Shown in pieces: positions 49,468 through 57,739 of a stretch of DNA of 64,000 bases. The stretch is from an uncultured Bacteroides sp. (lineage in GTDB: Bacteria; Bacillota; Clostridia; Christensenellales; CAG-917). Location of the stretch: assembly GCA_964644355.1 (NCBI GenBank), contig CAZXUW010000004.1, forward strand, positions 17,838 through 81,837, given 5' to 3'. The position numbers and the translations under genes were made by a program. A model generated the notes under the pieces. That model worked only from the letters and a program-made list of their open reading frames with translations, made no database searches and was not told the DNA's origin. The first letter of the stretch is position 1, and every line of letters starts with the position of its first letter.

Positions 49468-49580
49468 TCACACACAATCAAAACTTAACCAAAAAATATC
49501 ACTTAAATCCAACCACTTGCACCTTTCAAGCCTCCGGCTTATAAAGCATAAAACTCCATCAACATATTGCTTAAAAACAC

Positions 49581-49610
49581 AAAAAAGCACTTGCCTCAGC
49601 AAGTGCTTTT
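49581..49610 (+). terminator. Rho-independent terminator
   Basis: AAAAAAGCACTTGC-ctca-GCAAGTGCTTTT. Confidence 0.75.
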
Positions 49611-49684
49611 CATTTAATACTTCCACAAAACTACTTATGGGATATAATCACACCTATGTGTTATCATTTCATTTCTCCGCTCAA

Positions 49685-49822
49685 GCCTACATCTAACGAG
49701 GGAGGCGGTACGGCTCTGTCGTGACGGAGAGAGAGAATGTCTTGCTTTCTTATGTCATTCCAAGCGTAGCCGTTCACTTTGCGAACTGGCAATTGTTCAC
49801 AGCCAATTGCGCCGGAATCCAG
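49685..49822. repeat. Composite REP-like palindromic repeat, copy 2
   Basis: aacgagggagg..gacggagagagag then tatgtcattccaagcgtagccg..ccggaatcc, colinear with 378-470. Confidence 0.5.
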
Positions 49823-50131
49823 CATAGCCATTGTGTGATCTTTAAGCCCAAAAAGATTGCGTTTGAATAACGAAACGTTAATGCTGTCAGTGCAAACACA
49901 GCGTCATTTGCAACGAAACGTTATTGTTGAAACGGTATCACAACGATTGTTGTTGAGCACGTGTAATTTTCGACGTGGTGGACATCATCTTGCCATTGTC
50001 AAGCGATCCGTCTGCCTTGTACCGATCGCTCCACTTGATGGCGGTGTCGCTTACCGGATAGCCCCATATAGAGAACTTGTAAATACCCAACGCATATGAT
50101 AATTTTGCCTTTTTCAAGCCATTTTCAGCCG

Positions 50132-51190
50132 TTAGCGGATGGTAAATTGACACTCGTTGTCCGCCGGGTTGAACCACATGTCAAGCTCATAAAGTTTGCG
50201 TTGCTTGCCAAATATGCAATACTTGCCGTTGATGTAGTCCATAAAGAACATATCAAGCCTACTTGTAGGGTTGAAACCCCATCCGCAAAGTGCCATAAAT
50301 TGCAGTATTTCCGTCTTAGTCAAATTGAGCAAAACCGAGAATCTAAACACGTCGATTTTAGACAAAGTCTTATTGTTGCGAATATCTTGGCGTTTGCGAC
50401 TGTCATATTCTCTCAAAGTCTTTACGGGCAATTTCTTTTGCGTGCAATAGTCATCCACAAAGTCATATGGGCGCACATACGCAGTCTTTCCGGGCATAAA
50501 CTGCGGATAGAACAAATCTGCAGGATTTATGTCGCCCATAAACATAGCAACATTATAAAACGAGTGCTCATCCTCAATTTCTTTCAAGAATTCTTCATTA
50601 TGTACAGCGCTGAAACATGTCTCTTCATCGCACACACTACGTATTGTATACGATTGTGCACGCCTATACGGCACCTCACAATAATCCTCAACAACCTTTT
50701 TCATCGGCTTTGGATTCAAATATGCGATGACGGTTGCCTCGATTATATCTATGTTTTCGGTCTCCTCCCTATCGGAAATCTCGGAAAGAACGTCTATAAC
50801 CGCTTCATATGCTTGCTTGTCCGAATATCCGTTTGCACCCGTACCGATAAGTGGCAGACCAATCTTTTTGTATCCATGCACAATTGCATAATCCACAACC
50901 GCTTTATACGCATTGCGCAATGCAGTGCATTTGCCATCGTCATTCTTCTTGAACGGTGTCACAAGGTGCAAAACGTGTGCACACTTCAAATCTCCGCCAT
51001 CCGTTTCGATAATCTTGCCAAACGGCATATTCTTTTGAGAATCAATCAACGCTTTGACTTCTTTGCGATTGATTCCGTTAATGATGTTTTTGCACAGCTT
51101 GCCATAGACCGCACCATTTGTACCAAGGCTATTAAGAACTGCATCACCCTTGTATTCGAGCGCATCTCCGTATGTAACTGAAAACGACAT
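50132..51190 (-). CDS. Macrodomain protein with C-terminal HTH-like domain
   Basis: GD..DAVLN, HLVTP, LRNAY, LPLIGTGANGY macro motifs; C-terminal L.L...E..QF...G..F.P....D pattern. Confidence 0.75.
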   Translation of the reverse strand: MSFSVTYGDALEYKGDAVLNSLGTNGAVYGKLCKNIINGINRKEVKALIDSQKNMPFGKIIETDGGDLKCAHVLHLVTPFKKNDDGKCTALRNAYKAVVDYAIVHGYKKIGLPLIGTGANGYSDKQAYEAVIDVLSEISDREETENIDIIEATVIAYLNPKPMKKVVEDYCEVPYRRAQSYTIRSVCDEETCFSAVHNEEFLKEIEDEHSFYNVAMFMGDINPADLFYPQFMPGKTAYVRPYDFVDDYCTQKKLPVKTLREYDSRKRQDIRNNKTLSKIDVFRFSVLLNLTKTEILQFMALCGWGFNPTSRLDMFFMDYINGKYCIFGKQRKLYELDMWFNPADNECQFTIR

Positions 51191-51287
51191 AACTTTTCCT
51201 CTCCAATTAATTTGTTTATATTATACCATTTGAGGTGCCGTCTTTCAATAGGTTTAGAAAAATTTGAGACGGCACCTCTTGTGACAA

Positions 51288-51488
51288 TCACCATTCGACA
51301 TCAACCCAACGATTATCTCGCCAAATGGGATCTGCAAGTTCAAGACAATACTTTTTAGGTTCACGCCATATTTGCTCATAATATTCCGTGCCTGACTTGT
51401 CATATTGTTTTGCCCATTGTTTTTGCTCATCCGTGCATTTCGTAAAATGCGTTCCCTCCTTGATGCACACGCTCTGTTTTTCAATCAT
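51288..51488 (-). CDS. Small hypothetical protein
   Basis: ATG after GGAGG, coupled to upstream stop. Confidence 0.55.
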   Translation of the reverse strand: MIEKQSVCIKEGTHFTKCTDEQKQWAKQYDKSGTEYYEQIWREPKKYCLELADPIWRDNRWVDVEW

Positions 51489-51499
51489 ATTTGCCTCCA

Positions 51500-51724
51500 T
51501 TATTCATCTTCTTGAGTCAAACCCTTCGTTTTTTTGTCTTCCTCGCTCATCGCTTCAAACTCATCTGTGAACTCATAGCCCAAAAGCCCCGTCAGTATTC
51601 GCAAATCATTAAGATCCATCTTTCCATCCGCATACATTAGATACAAAACCTTCAAAATGGTTTCTTCGTCATCGCCTTGTCTCTTCAATTCTTCCAATGC
51701 GTGTTTTGCTTCTTCAATTGTCAT
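51500..51724 (-). CDS. Small acidic hypothetical protein
   Basis: 74 aa; SD AAGGAG; similar pattern to next gene. Confidence 0.7.
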   Translation of the reverse strand: MTIEEAKHALEELKRQGDDEETILKVLYLMYADGKMDLNDLRILTGLLGYEFTDEFEAMSEEDKKTKGLTQEDE

Positions 51725-51738
51725 AGTTATTCTCCTTT

Positions 51739-52029
51739 TTATTTTGTATTTTTTGCTGAATCGTTATTTTGTTCTTGATGCCCGCAAATTGTCATTGTTG
51801 TATTGCCAAAATCAAAACAAACTGCGTTGTCGTCATCTTCTTCATCTTCGCCATAATTGGGTTCAATAGTCACATAAATGTTGTATCCAATCTCGTTTTC
51901 GAGTTCTTTGAGCTCCTCAAAAGACAGCATATTGTCCTTAAACAGTATCATAATGGCACCTGCAAGACGTTCTCCGTCAAAGCCTCTATTTCTCATAAAT
52001 TCCAACACTTCTTTAAGTTCATCGTTCAT
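51739..52029 (-). CDS. Small acidic hypothetical protein
   Basis: 96 aa; SD GAGGAGGTG. Confidence 0.7.
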   Translation of the reverse strand: MNDELKEVLEFMRNRGFDGERLAGAIMILFKDNMLSFEELKELENEIGYNIYVTIEPNYGEDEEDDDNAVCFDFGNTTMTICGHQEQNNDSAKNTK

Positions 52030-52041
52030 AACTGCACCTCC

Positions 52042-52200
52042 TCAATCCCAGTCGTTGTCATAACACGTGAGATAAGCCTTTATCAGCTGAATCTCCACGC
52101 TGCGGTCAATATAGTCGTATTCTTGCTCGATTTCAAGCATTGTGATTGCATTGCACATATCGTTTCGCTCGTCGTTTGGCACCATATAGTTGTATTTCAT
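52042..52200 (-). CDS. 52-aa hypothetical protein (not in ORF track)
   Basis: MKYNYMVPNDERNDMCNAITMLEIEQEYDYIDRSVEIQLIKAYLTCYDNDWD; fills the gap, starts 1 nt after upstream stop, SD GAGGAAG. Confidence 0.55.
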   Translation of the reverse strand: MKYNYMVPNDERNDMCNAITMLEIEQEYDYIDRSVEIQLIKAYLTCYDNDWD

Positions 52201-52201
52201 A

Positions 52202-53515
52202 TCATTCTTCCTCCTTTTTTTTCAGTTCATTTGCCTTTTTAAGCAAATCATCCAAAGTTTTTCTCTTCGGCGGAGCGGGTTCATTGTCAGTGACAACCTC
52301 TCCCTCTATTGCCTTTTGTTCTTTTTCTTTCAAGTCGTGCAACTCATCAAACATAGCCTTCATTGTGGGATTGCCATACGTGAGTTTTCTAATGGTAAGT
52401 TCACGGAGTCTGTTGTCTGCCGAATTCAAATGCTTTTCGGATTTGAGCAAATTCTCTTTGACTTTTTGAAGCTTTTCAATGCTTTCGTCAATGGCTTTGA
52501 TTGCATCATTGAATCTGTCAGTTGCATCGTCCATATTCTTTGAGAACTTATCCTTGAAGTCCAGCAATTTGTCCTCAAACTTGGTTATGTCGCTGTTTTG
52601 ACGTCTTGCCATTTCCGCTTCTTGCCTATATTTGAGTGCGTTTGCTGCCGCCGAACGCAAGAGTGAAATCATAGGCACAAAGAACTGCGGTCTTACAACA
52701 AACATCTTCTCATATCTGTACGACACATCCACAATACCCTTGTTGTACAACTCACTGTCCGGCTCAAGCATAGACACAAGTATTGCATATTCGCACTTTT
52801 TCTCTCGTCTATCCTTGTCAAGTTCTGCAAAGAAATGCTCGTTTTTATGTTTGGTAGCGGTAGTGTCCATCTCGTTTTTCATCTCAAACATGATTGAGAT
52901 AATCTCCGTACCATCTTTGGCATATTCACGATATATGTAATCGCCCTTGCTTCCTGTCTTTGCATCGTTGTCTTTGCCAAACTCTGCCCGTGGAAATGAC
53001 ATCGCACGCACAGCATTAAACTCGTTTTCACAATGTTGCTCCAAAGACTCGCCCACCATTTTTGTCGACATTCTGGTCTTGAAATCCTTGTAAAAACCAA
53101 TCGTTTCATCCTTGGCATCCAACTCTTTCTTGTGCTGTGCTACAAGCAAATCTTTCTCGCTCTTGAATTTTTCTTTGTTGGATTGCATTTCTGTTTTAAG
53201 CTCAAAGATTTCTTTGTCTTTATCGGCAATTGCATTCTTCACTTGCATTTTAAGTTCCTCATTCTTGTTTGCAAGTTTATCTTTAAGTGCGGCAATCTCT
53301 CCTTCTTTGCGAGCAAGTTGAATATCGGCTTCTTGCTTTGCTTTGAGCAATGCAATTTGTGTATCCTTTTGTGCTTGCATATTTGCTTGTGCAACCTCAT
53401 GCGCCACAGATTTCTCAAACTCTTTTGTTCTCACTTGCTCGAGAAGGCTTGCATACTCTGATTCATCCACTGTAAATACTGTTCCGCAATTCGGACATTT
53501 GATTTCATTTTTCAT
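52202..53515 (-). CDS. DUF2130 coiled-coil protein
   Basis: IKCPNCG..F.VDES, STKMVGESLEQHCE, KGDYIYRE, MFEMKNE, YEKMFVVRPQFF. Confidence 0.85.
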   Translation of the reverse strand: MKNEIKCPNCGTVFTVDESEYASLLEQVRTKEFEKSVAHEVAQANMQAQKDTQIALLKAKQEADIQLARKEGEIAALKDKLANKNEELKMQVKNAIADKDKEIFELKTEMQSNKEKFKSEKDLLVAQHKKELDAKDETIGFYKDFKTRMSTKMVGESLEQHCENEFNAVRAMSFPRAEFGKDNDAKTGSKGDYIYREYAKDGTEIISIMFEMKNEMDTTATKHKNEHFFAELDKDRREKKCEYAILVSMLEPDSELYNKGIVDVSYRYEKMFVVRPQFFVPMISLLRSAAANALKYRQEAEMARRQNSDITKFEDKLLDFKDKFSKNMDDATDRFNDAIKAIDESIEKLQKVKENLLKSEKHLNSADNRLRELTIRKLTYGNPTMKAMFDELHDLKEKEQKAIEGEVVTDNEPAPPKRKTLDDLLKKANELKKKEEE

Positions 53516-53535
53516 GTTTTTTCTCTCCTTTATCA

Positions 53536-54732
53536 TTAGTTTTCTTTGATTTCATATGTTTGGTTGAATACCAAATCGTATACATTGCTAACATTTGACA
53601 TGTCCGCGAGAAAAAGCAATGCCTTGTTTACATCCTCAAAATATACAAACCTCATCCCGCCTTTTTTACGCAAACCGTTTGCAATGGCAATAAGTTTTTT
53701 CAATTCATCTCGGCTCATTTCGTTTTCATCTGCCGTAACCTTTGCAACATAATCTTGCACTGATTCAAAGTCATAGCAATCATCCTCGTTGTCGCCAAGC
53801 GATCTGACAACATATTCGGCAAGCGCTCTATAGGATTTTGAATATCCCCATTGCACCGTTGTCATTCCGTCCTTTTGTTTGATGCTACACACAAGCTTCG
53901 TATCAAGATCTATATACTCGTCAAAAACCTGCATTGCACATCTATCATTGATAAACTCATTGACAACAGCTCTAGGATTGCAACCACCTCTTGGCGAAGG
54001 CAGGCAATTCAATGCACCCTTCACAAAAAATGCCGGAATGTCTTTGTAAAACGCCTCTGCTATTGCACACGATATTGCCGCCGTTGTGTCACAATCTCCA
54101 CCGATTGAAATTGTTGTTCTCAAGCAATCTTCAAACGAGTTTGAGATAAGAAAACAATATATCGCTTGCGGTACCGTCACTTGGCAAATCTCATCGCCGT
54201 GATAGTAAGTTTTTCGCAACTCTTCATAATCAAAATCAAGATTATAATATTGCTCGACATACTTGCGAATAAAATCTTTGCTCTTGCCTATTCTTGCATA
54301 ATAGACACTTAACGCGGTCACTTCTGCACCTTTAAGTCCCTCTTTGTGATTATGAGTGACTTCCGTCACCGCTTTCGCAAGGGCTTTGACTTCCTCCTCG
54401 TCTCGTCCATACCATCCACATGCAGACACTCTCATCGCAGAGCCGTTTCCGCAACTGTTGTATGGGTTCCTATCATTGCTACACAATGCCCACTTATAAA
54501 ATCCTCCTCCGTATCCTGCGTTTGGATAAGCTCTTGCCCAACGCCTGATTGTGTCAATCACTTCATCTCTGTCGTTCGCCACGCGCCTTTGCAGGATGTC
54601 ACACACCGCCAAAGTCATTATAGTGTCGTCCGTAACCTCAAAATCATTTTGCGTGATTTCAAAGTCTTTTGTCTTAATGTTGTTGAATTCATATTTGGAG
54701 CCTACAGCGTCTCCGATAATTGCACCGATCAT
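53536..54732 (-). CDS. ADP-ribosylglycohydrolase (DraG/ARH family) with C-terminal extension
   Basis: GAIIGDAVGS.YEF, TDDT, NSCGNGSAMRV, THNH, GGDCDT. Confidence 0.9.
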   Translation of the reverse strand: MIGAIIGDAVGSKYEFNNIKTKDFEITQNDFEVTDDTIMTLAVCDILQRRVANDRDEVIDTIRRWARAYPNAGYGGGFYKWALCSNDRNPYNSCGNGSAMRVSACGWYGRDEEEVKALAKAVTEVTHNHKEGLKGAEVTALSVYYARIGKSKDFIRKYVEQYYNLDFDYEELRKTYYHGDEICQVTVPQAIYCFLISNSFEDCLRTTISIGGDCDTTAAISCAIAEAFYKDIPAFFVKGALNCLPSPRGGCNPRAVVNEFINDRCAMQVFDEYIDLDTKLVCSIKQKDGMTTVQWGYSKSYRALAEYVVRSLGDNEDDCYDFESVQDYVAKVTADENEMSRDELKKLIAIANGLRKKGGMRFVYFEDVNKALLFLADMSNVSNVYDLVFNQTYEIKEN

Positions 54733-54764
54733 GGCAGTGCCTCCTTTATTTTTTTTACAATCTC

Positions 54765-54838
54765 ATTATAAGTCGGTTTTTCTCTCAAAAATACACCCCT
54801 TGGGGGGTAAAAACGAGATTTTGCCAATTATTTTTTAG
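54765..54838 (-). promoter_or_regulatory. Promoter with operator-like palindrome, copy A
   Basis: TATAAT at 54765-54770; 21 bp upstream, motif tacaccccttggggggtaaaaacg. Confidence 0.65.
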
Positions 54839-55075
54839 GTTTTCCGGGCAATTCGTCACATTCTCCGTCCTTTTCTCATCTATTGTTTTTTCACGTTCTC
54901 CATTGTCCGGGCTCACACAATCTCTATCCTTCACTTTCTCAATCCTCCTTGCGTATAAAAGCTTTGTTTCTCATCCCTGCTCATCCCCACAAAAAATGAG
55001 TTATCACTGACCTCATCACAGTCTCTTTCTTCAATTGCTTACGCCAAAACAATCATAATTTCCCCTCCGTCCTAT

Positions 55076-55405
55076 TTATGCCACTTCTTCAAAGTCTGCC
55101 CACTCATAGTCGCAAACTTGTCTTTGTTGCTTTGCTTTAGATTTTATTTTGCGAGCGAACTCAATCCCATATCTTTTGGATACCTTTTTCAGATATTTCG
55201 GAAGTTTCTCAAGCGTGTTGCGTATTGTTATTGAATTCGCTTTGCTGAAATCGCCTATACTGTCCACGCTAACGCCCTTTTTGAAAAAGTTATGATTGCT
55301 CATATAAAAACGTTGCTCAAAAAGATAATACTTTTCACCATCCGCCATGAGATAAAACTCGTGTACGTCTTTTGCTACAGGTCTGCAATAAATTTTTGCT
55401 TGCAT
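55076..55405 (-). CDS. Hypothetical basic protein
   Basis: ATG after GGAGG; 109 aa. Confidence 0.65.
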   Translation of the reverse strand: MQAKIYCRPVAKDVHEFYLMADGEKYYLFEQRFYMSNHNFFKKGVSVDSIGDFSKANSITIRNTLEKLPKYLKKVSKRYGIEFARKIKSKAKQQRQVCDYEWADFEEVA

Positions 55406-55433
55406 ATTTGCCTCCATTGCCTTTGATGATTCA

Positions 55434-55507
55434 ACTATAACGCAGTTTTTTGGAGATTTTTACCCCCCTTGATGGGTAAAAACGCAATTTTAGCAAATTT
55501 TTTTAAG
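55434..55507 (-). promoter_or_regulatory. Promoter with operator-like palindrome, copy B
   Basis: TATAGT at 55434-55439; 21 bp upstream, motif taccccccttgatgggtaaaaacg. Confidence 0.65.
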
Positions 55508-55514
55508 ATTTTTT

Positions 55515-55605
55515 TCGTCGTCATCCCAAAGACCATGAAAGGATGACGACGACAATAAATACGAAAGGAGCACTGACTAAGCGCACTAATGAACCATGGT
55601 CTTTG
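55515..55605 (-). ncRNA. Candidate structured RNA (hairpin with loop-distal pairing)
   Basis: 12-bp stem 55515-55526/55541-55552; loop 11-mer complementary to 55595-55605; TTGACA upstream on minus strand. Confidence 0.4.
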
Positions 55606-55804
55606 TATCTTTGTTTTAGCAAAATGCCCCCACCCTTGTCAATAGGTTTAGGAAAAACGCCATCCGTTTACAAAGTAAAAAAATTTTTTCGACGCCTTCA
55701 AAACCGCCAAAAACACATAAAAAAGCCAAATTTGCTCAAAAAAATACGAACTTCATATAGAAGCTCGCGTAGTTAATTGCTGTTTTCTTGATTGCAAAAC
55801 GTGT

Positions 55805-56971
55805 CTACAAAGCAATCAAATCAAAGATTTTTTGAGGGGTGTCGCACCCGAGATTTTTCAAAAGATGAGAAGCATATCTGTCAAAAGCGGTGTGATCAAC
55901 AAGGCGGAACACTGCTCTAGACATATCCACAAAGTCTGACGCGTTGCCCTTGTTTGCCATCCAGCCAATGCCCAAAAAACGCAAAAGCGCATACACACTG
56001 CATATTGCAACAAATTCTTCCCACGGATCTTCCGGTCTGTCTTGATATGGAAATTGCTCAAAAAACATGTGATTGACAAGCATATGTTCAAACCAAATTT
56101 CCCATTTTGGAATTTTGCTTTCAAACAAAGATTTCGCACGTCTATAGCACTCAATTTGAGATTTATCCTGCCTAAAGAACCTCAACGCTTCCTCGCCGAA
56201 CTTGCGAACGCTGTCACTCTTTTCATCAATCAATTTGAGCAATTTTTCAGCAGTTTCAAGCCCGAATTTAAGCTGATCGTCGTCAACTTCAAACTCGACG
56301 TTTTGCATATTGCAAGACTCTTTTATGAGCCTATCCACCATGTCAAAATCCCCTTTATCCGTGGCAATTTTGAGGTCTTTGAGAGCCAATCCAAGATTCA
56401 TCAAGCGTATCGGCAAGGGAAAATCACGCCTTTGCAAAATGCCTATAAGCCAAATGCGAATTGCCTGTTCTTTGCCGTGAGTGTCAAATTTTACGCTCCT
56501 TTGAATTGCAATCGGAGAGTCTAAAATCATCGGCTTTTTGAGAAATCCAATCGGCTCGTCTCTTGAAAACAACAGCTCAAGCGTCGCCTCGCAACTGTTT
56601 GCACACGAGCACTCGTAGTCCGGCTCTTTTCTAAGTCCACGAGGGTACAGTTTGCAAACCTGTGCCAACGCTCCCTCTCCCATTTCGGCATGAATACCGC
56701 ACCTGCCGTCTGCAAGTCGCATGGGGCAATTGCCATTGTAATCGTGCCTTATTTGAGCATACTCGTCGGGAGTTGGATGCAGAGACACCCTCACGCCCCT
56801 ATCGATTTTCTCACGCAATTCTTTGCTACACTCCTCCCCAGAAAGCCTAAAATAGTCCTCAAGAGAAAAGCTAACGTTCCACCCCTCGCAACAGCAAGAG
56901 CGACACTCACCCATTTTGCACTTAAAGTCCGAATAATAATCGGGCATCAAAAATTCTTTTGAACAAGTCAT
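55805..56971 (-). CDS. FliB-family (flagellin lysine-N-methylase-like) cysteine-cluster protein
   Basis: PDYYSDFKC..GEC.SCCCEGW, CPM..DGRCGIH, VCKLYPR, SCEA. Confidence 0.75.
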   Translation of the reverse strand: MTCSKEFLMPDYYSDFKCKMGECRSCCCEGWNVSFSLEDYFRLSGEECSKELREKIDRGVRVSLHPTPDEYAQIRHDYNGNCPMRLADGRCGIHAEMGEGALAQVCKLYPRGLRKEPDYECSCANSCEATLELLFSRDEPIGFLKKPMILDSPIAIQRSVKFDTHGKEQAIRIWLIGILQRRDFPLPIRLMNLGLALKDLKIATDKGDFDMVDRLIKESCNMQNVEFEVDDDQLKFGLETAEKLLKLIDEKSDSVRKFGEEALRFFRQDKSQIECYRRAKSLFESKIPKWEIWFEHMLVNHMFFEQFPYQDRPEDPWEEFVAICSVYALLRFLGIGWMANKGNASDFVDMSRAVFRLVDHTAFDRYASHLLKNLGCDTPQKIFDLIAL

Positions 56972-56974
56972 ATA

Positions 56975-57442
56975 TCAAATAAAAATCAACGGCATAATCA
57001 TCTCGTGCGGAATGCCGATTTTGGGTTCAAGCATTTTCGCATACTCAGTGTATCGCTCGTTGACTCCGTCAAAAAATCTTTTACCCTCGTTTATATACTT
57101 TGGATTGGTGTACACCTGATACATCAACCTGTACTTTTCACCATGCTTTTGAGCAGTCCAATAGGGCACTTCGTCAATAAATCGCATGGCATCCTCAACG
57201 CTTGTTGGGGCTATTGCCATAAAATCGTCCTCGACCTTGCTCATCACGTACGCTGTGGATTGCACAATGAGATCGTCCACATCCTCAAAGTATGTGTACA
57301 AACTTCCCGATGCCACTCCGCACGCCTTGCCTATTGCCCTTAAGCCAACGTTGCCAAGCCCATGCTCCGCATAGCAGTCAAAGCACTTTTGCATGATTTC
57401 CTCTTTCTTTTGCAAATGTCTTTTTCTGTCGAAAACTCTCAC
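56975..57442 (-). CDS. TetR/AcrR-family regulator, possibly C-terminally truncated
   Basis: HTH GLRAIGKACGVASGSLYTYF; ends at PLIFI*; GTG start inferred. Confidence 0.7.
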   Translation of the reverse strand: MRVFDRKRHLQKKEEIMQKCFDCYAEHGLGNVGLRAIGKACGVASGSLYTYFEDVDDLIVQSTAYVMSKVEDDFMAIAPTSVEDAMRFIDEVPYWTAQKHGEKYRLMYQVYTNPKYINEGKRFFDGVNERYTEYAKMLEPKIGIPHEMIMPLIFI

Positions 57443-57739
57443 GTTGTCCGCCTTTTTCCGCTTTATAATTGATTGCTCGATCAATCGCTGAAATTATACC
57501 ACTCCAACACCCTCAATGCAATACATTATGTAATAATTTACATAAAGTTGGAATATCGCACAAATATACAAAAGCAAAATTCGCTCTGCAAATTCACAAA
57601 CGTTTTCAACGCAAAAAGCGAGGATCGCCCCTTTTGCAAATCCTCGCTTTTCCCTCTTTTATATTGTGTTTTTTGCAGAAGTTTTGTCTATCCAATCGTC
57701 TTTTCTGTCACAAAACGCTTGCTGCTTTCCACATGCCTA

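Noticed and set aside
49938-50177. 79-aa minus-strand ORF downstream of the macrodomain gene
   Set aside because: Overlaps the macro gene end, has no SD and no recognisable motif; at most a gene remnant.
50096-51181. Long antisense ORFs (this 361-aa one; also 14823-15584, 44933-45748, 47616-48431, 60601-61473)
   Set aside because: Shadows of well-supported opposite-strand genes, with no motifs of their own.
39104-55500. Whole region as one intact inducible prophage
   Set aside because: No integrase, repressor, replication or lysis genes and no att repeats seen; a divergent host-like gene, a terminator and a REP-like repeat separate the virion operon from the island.
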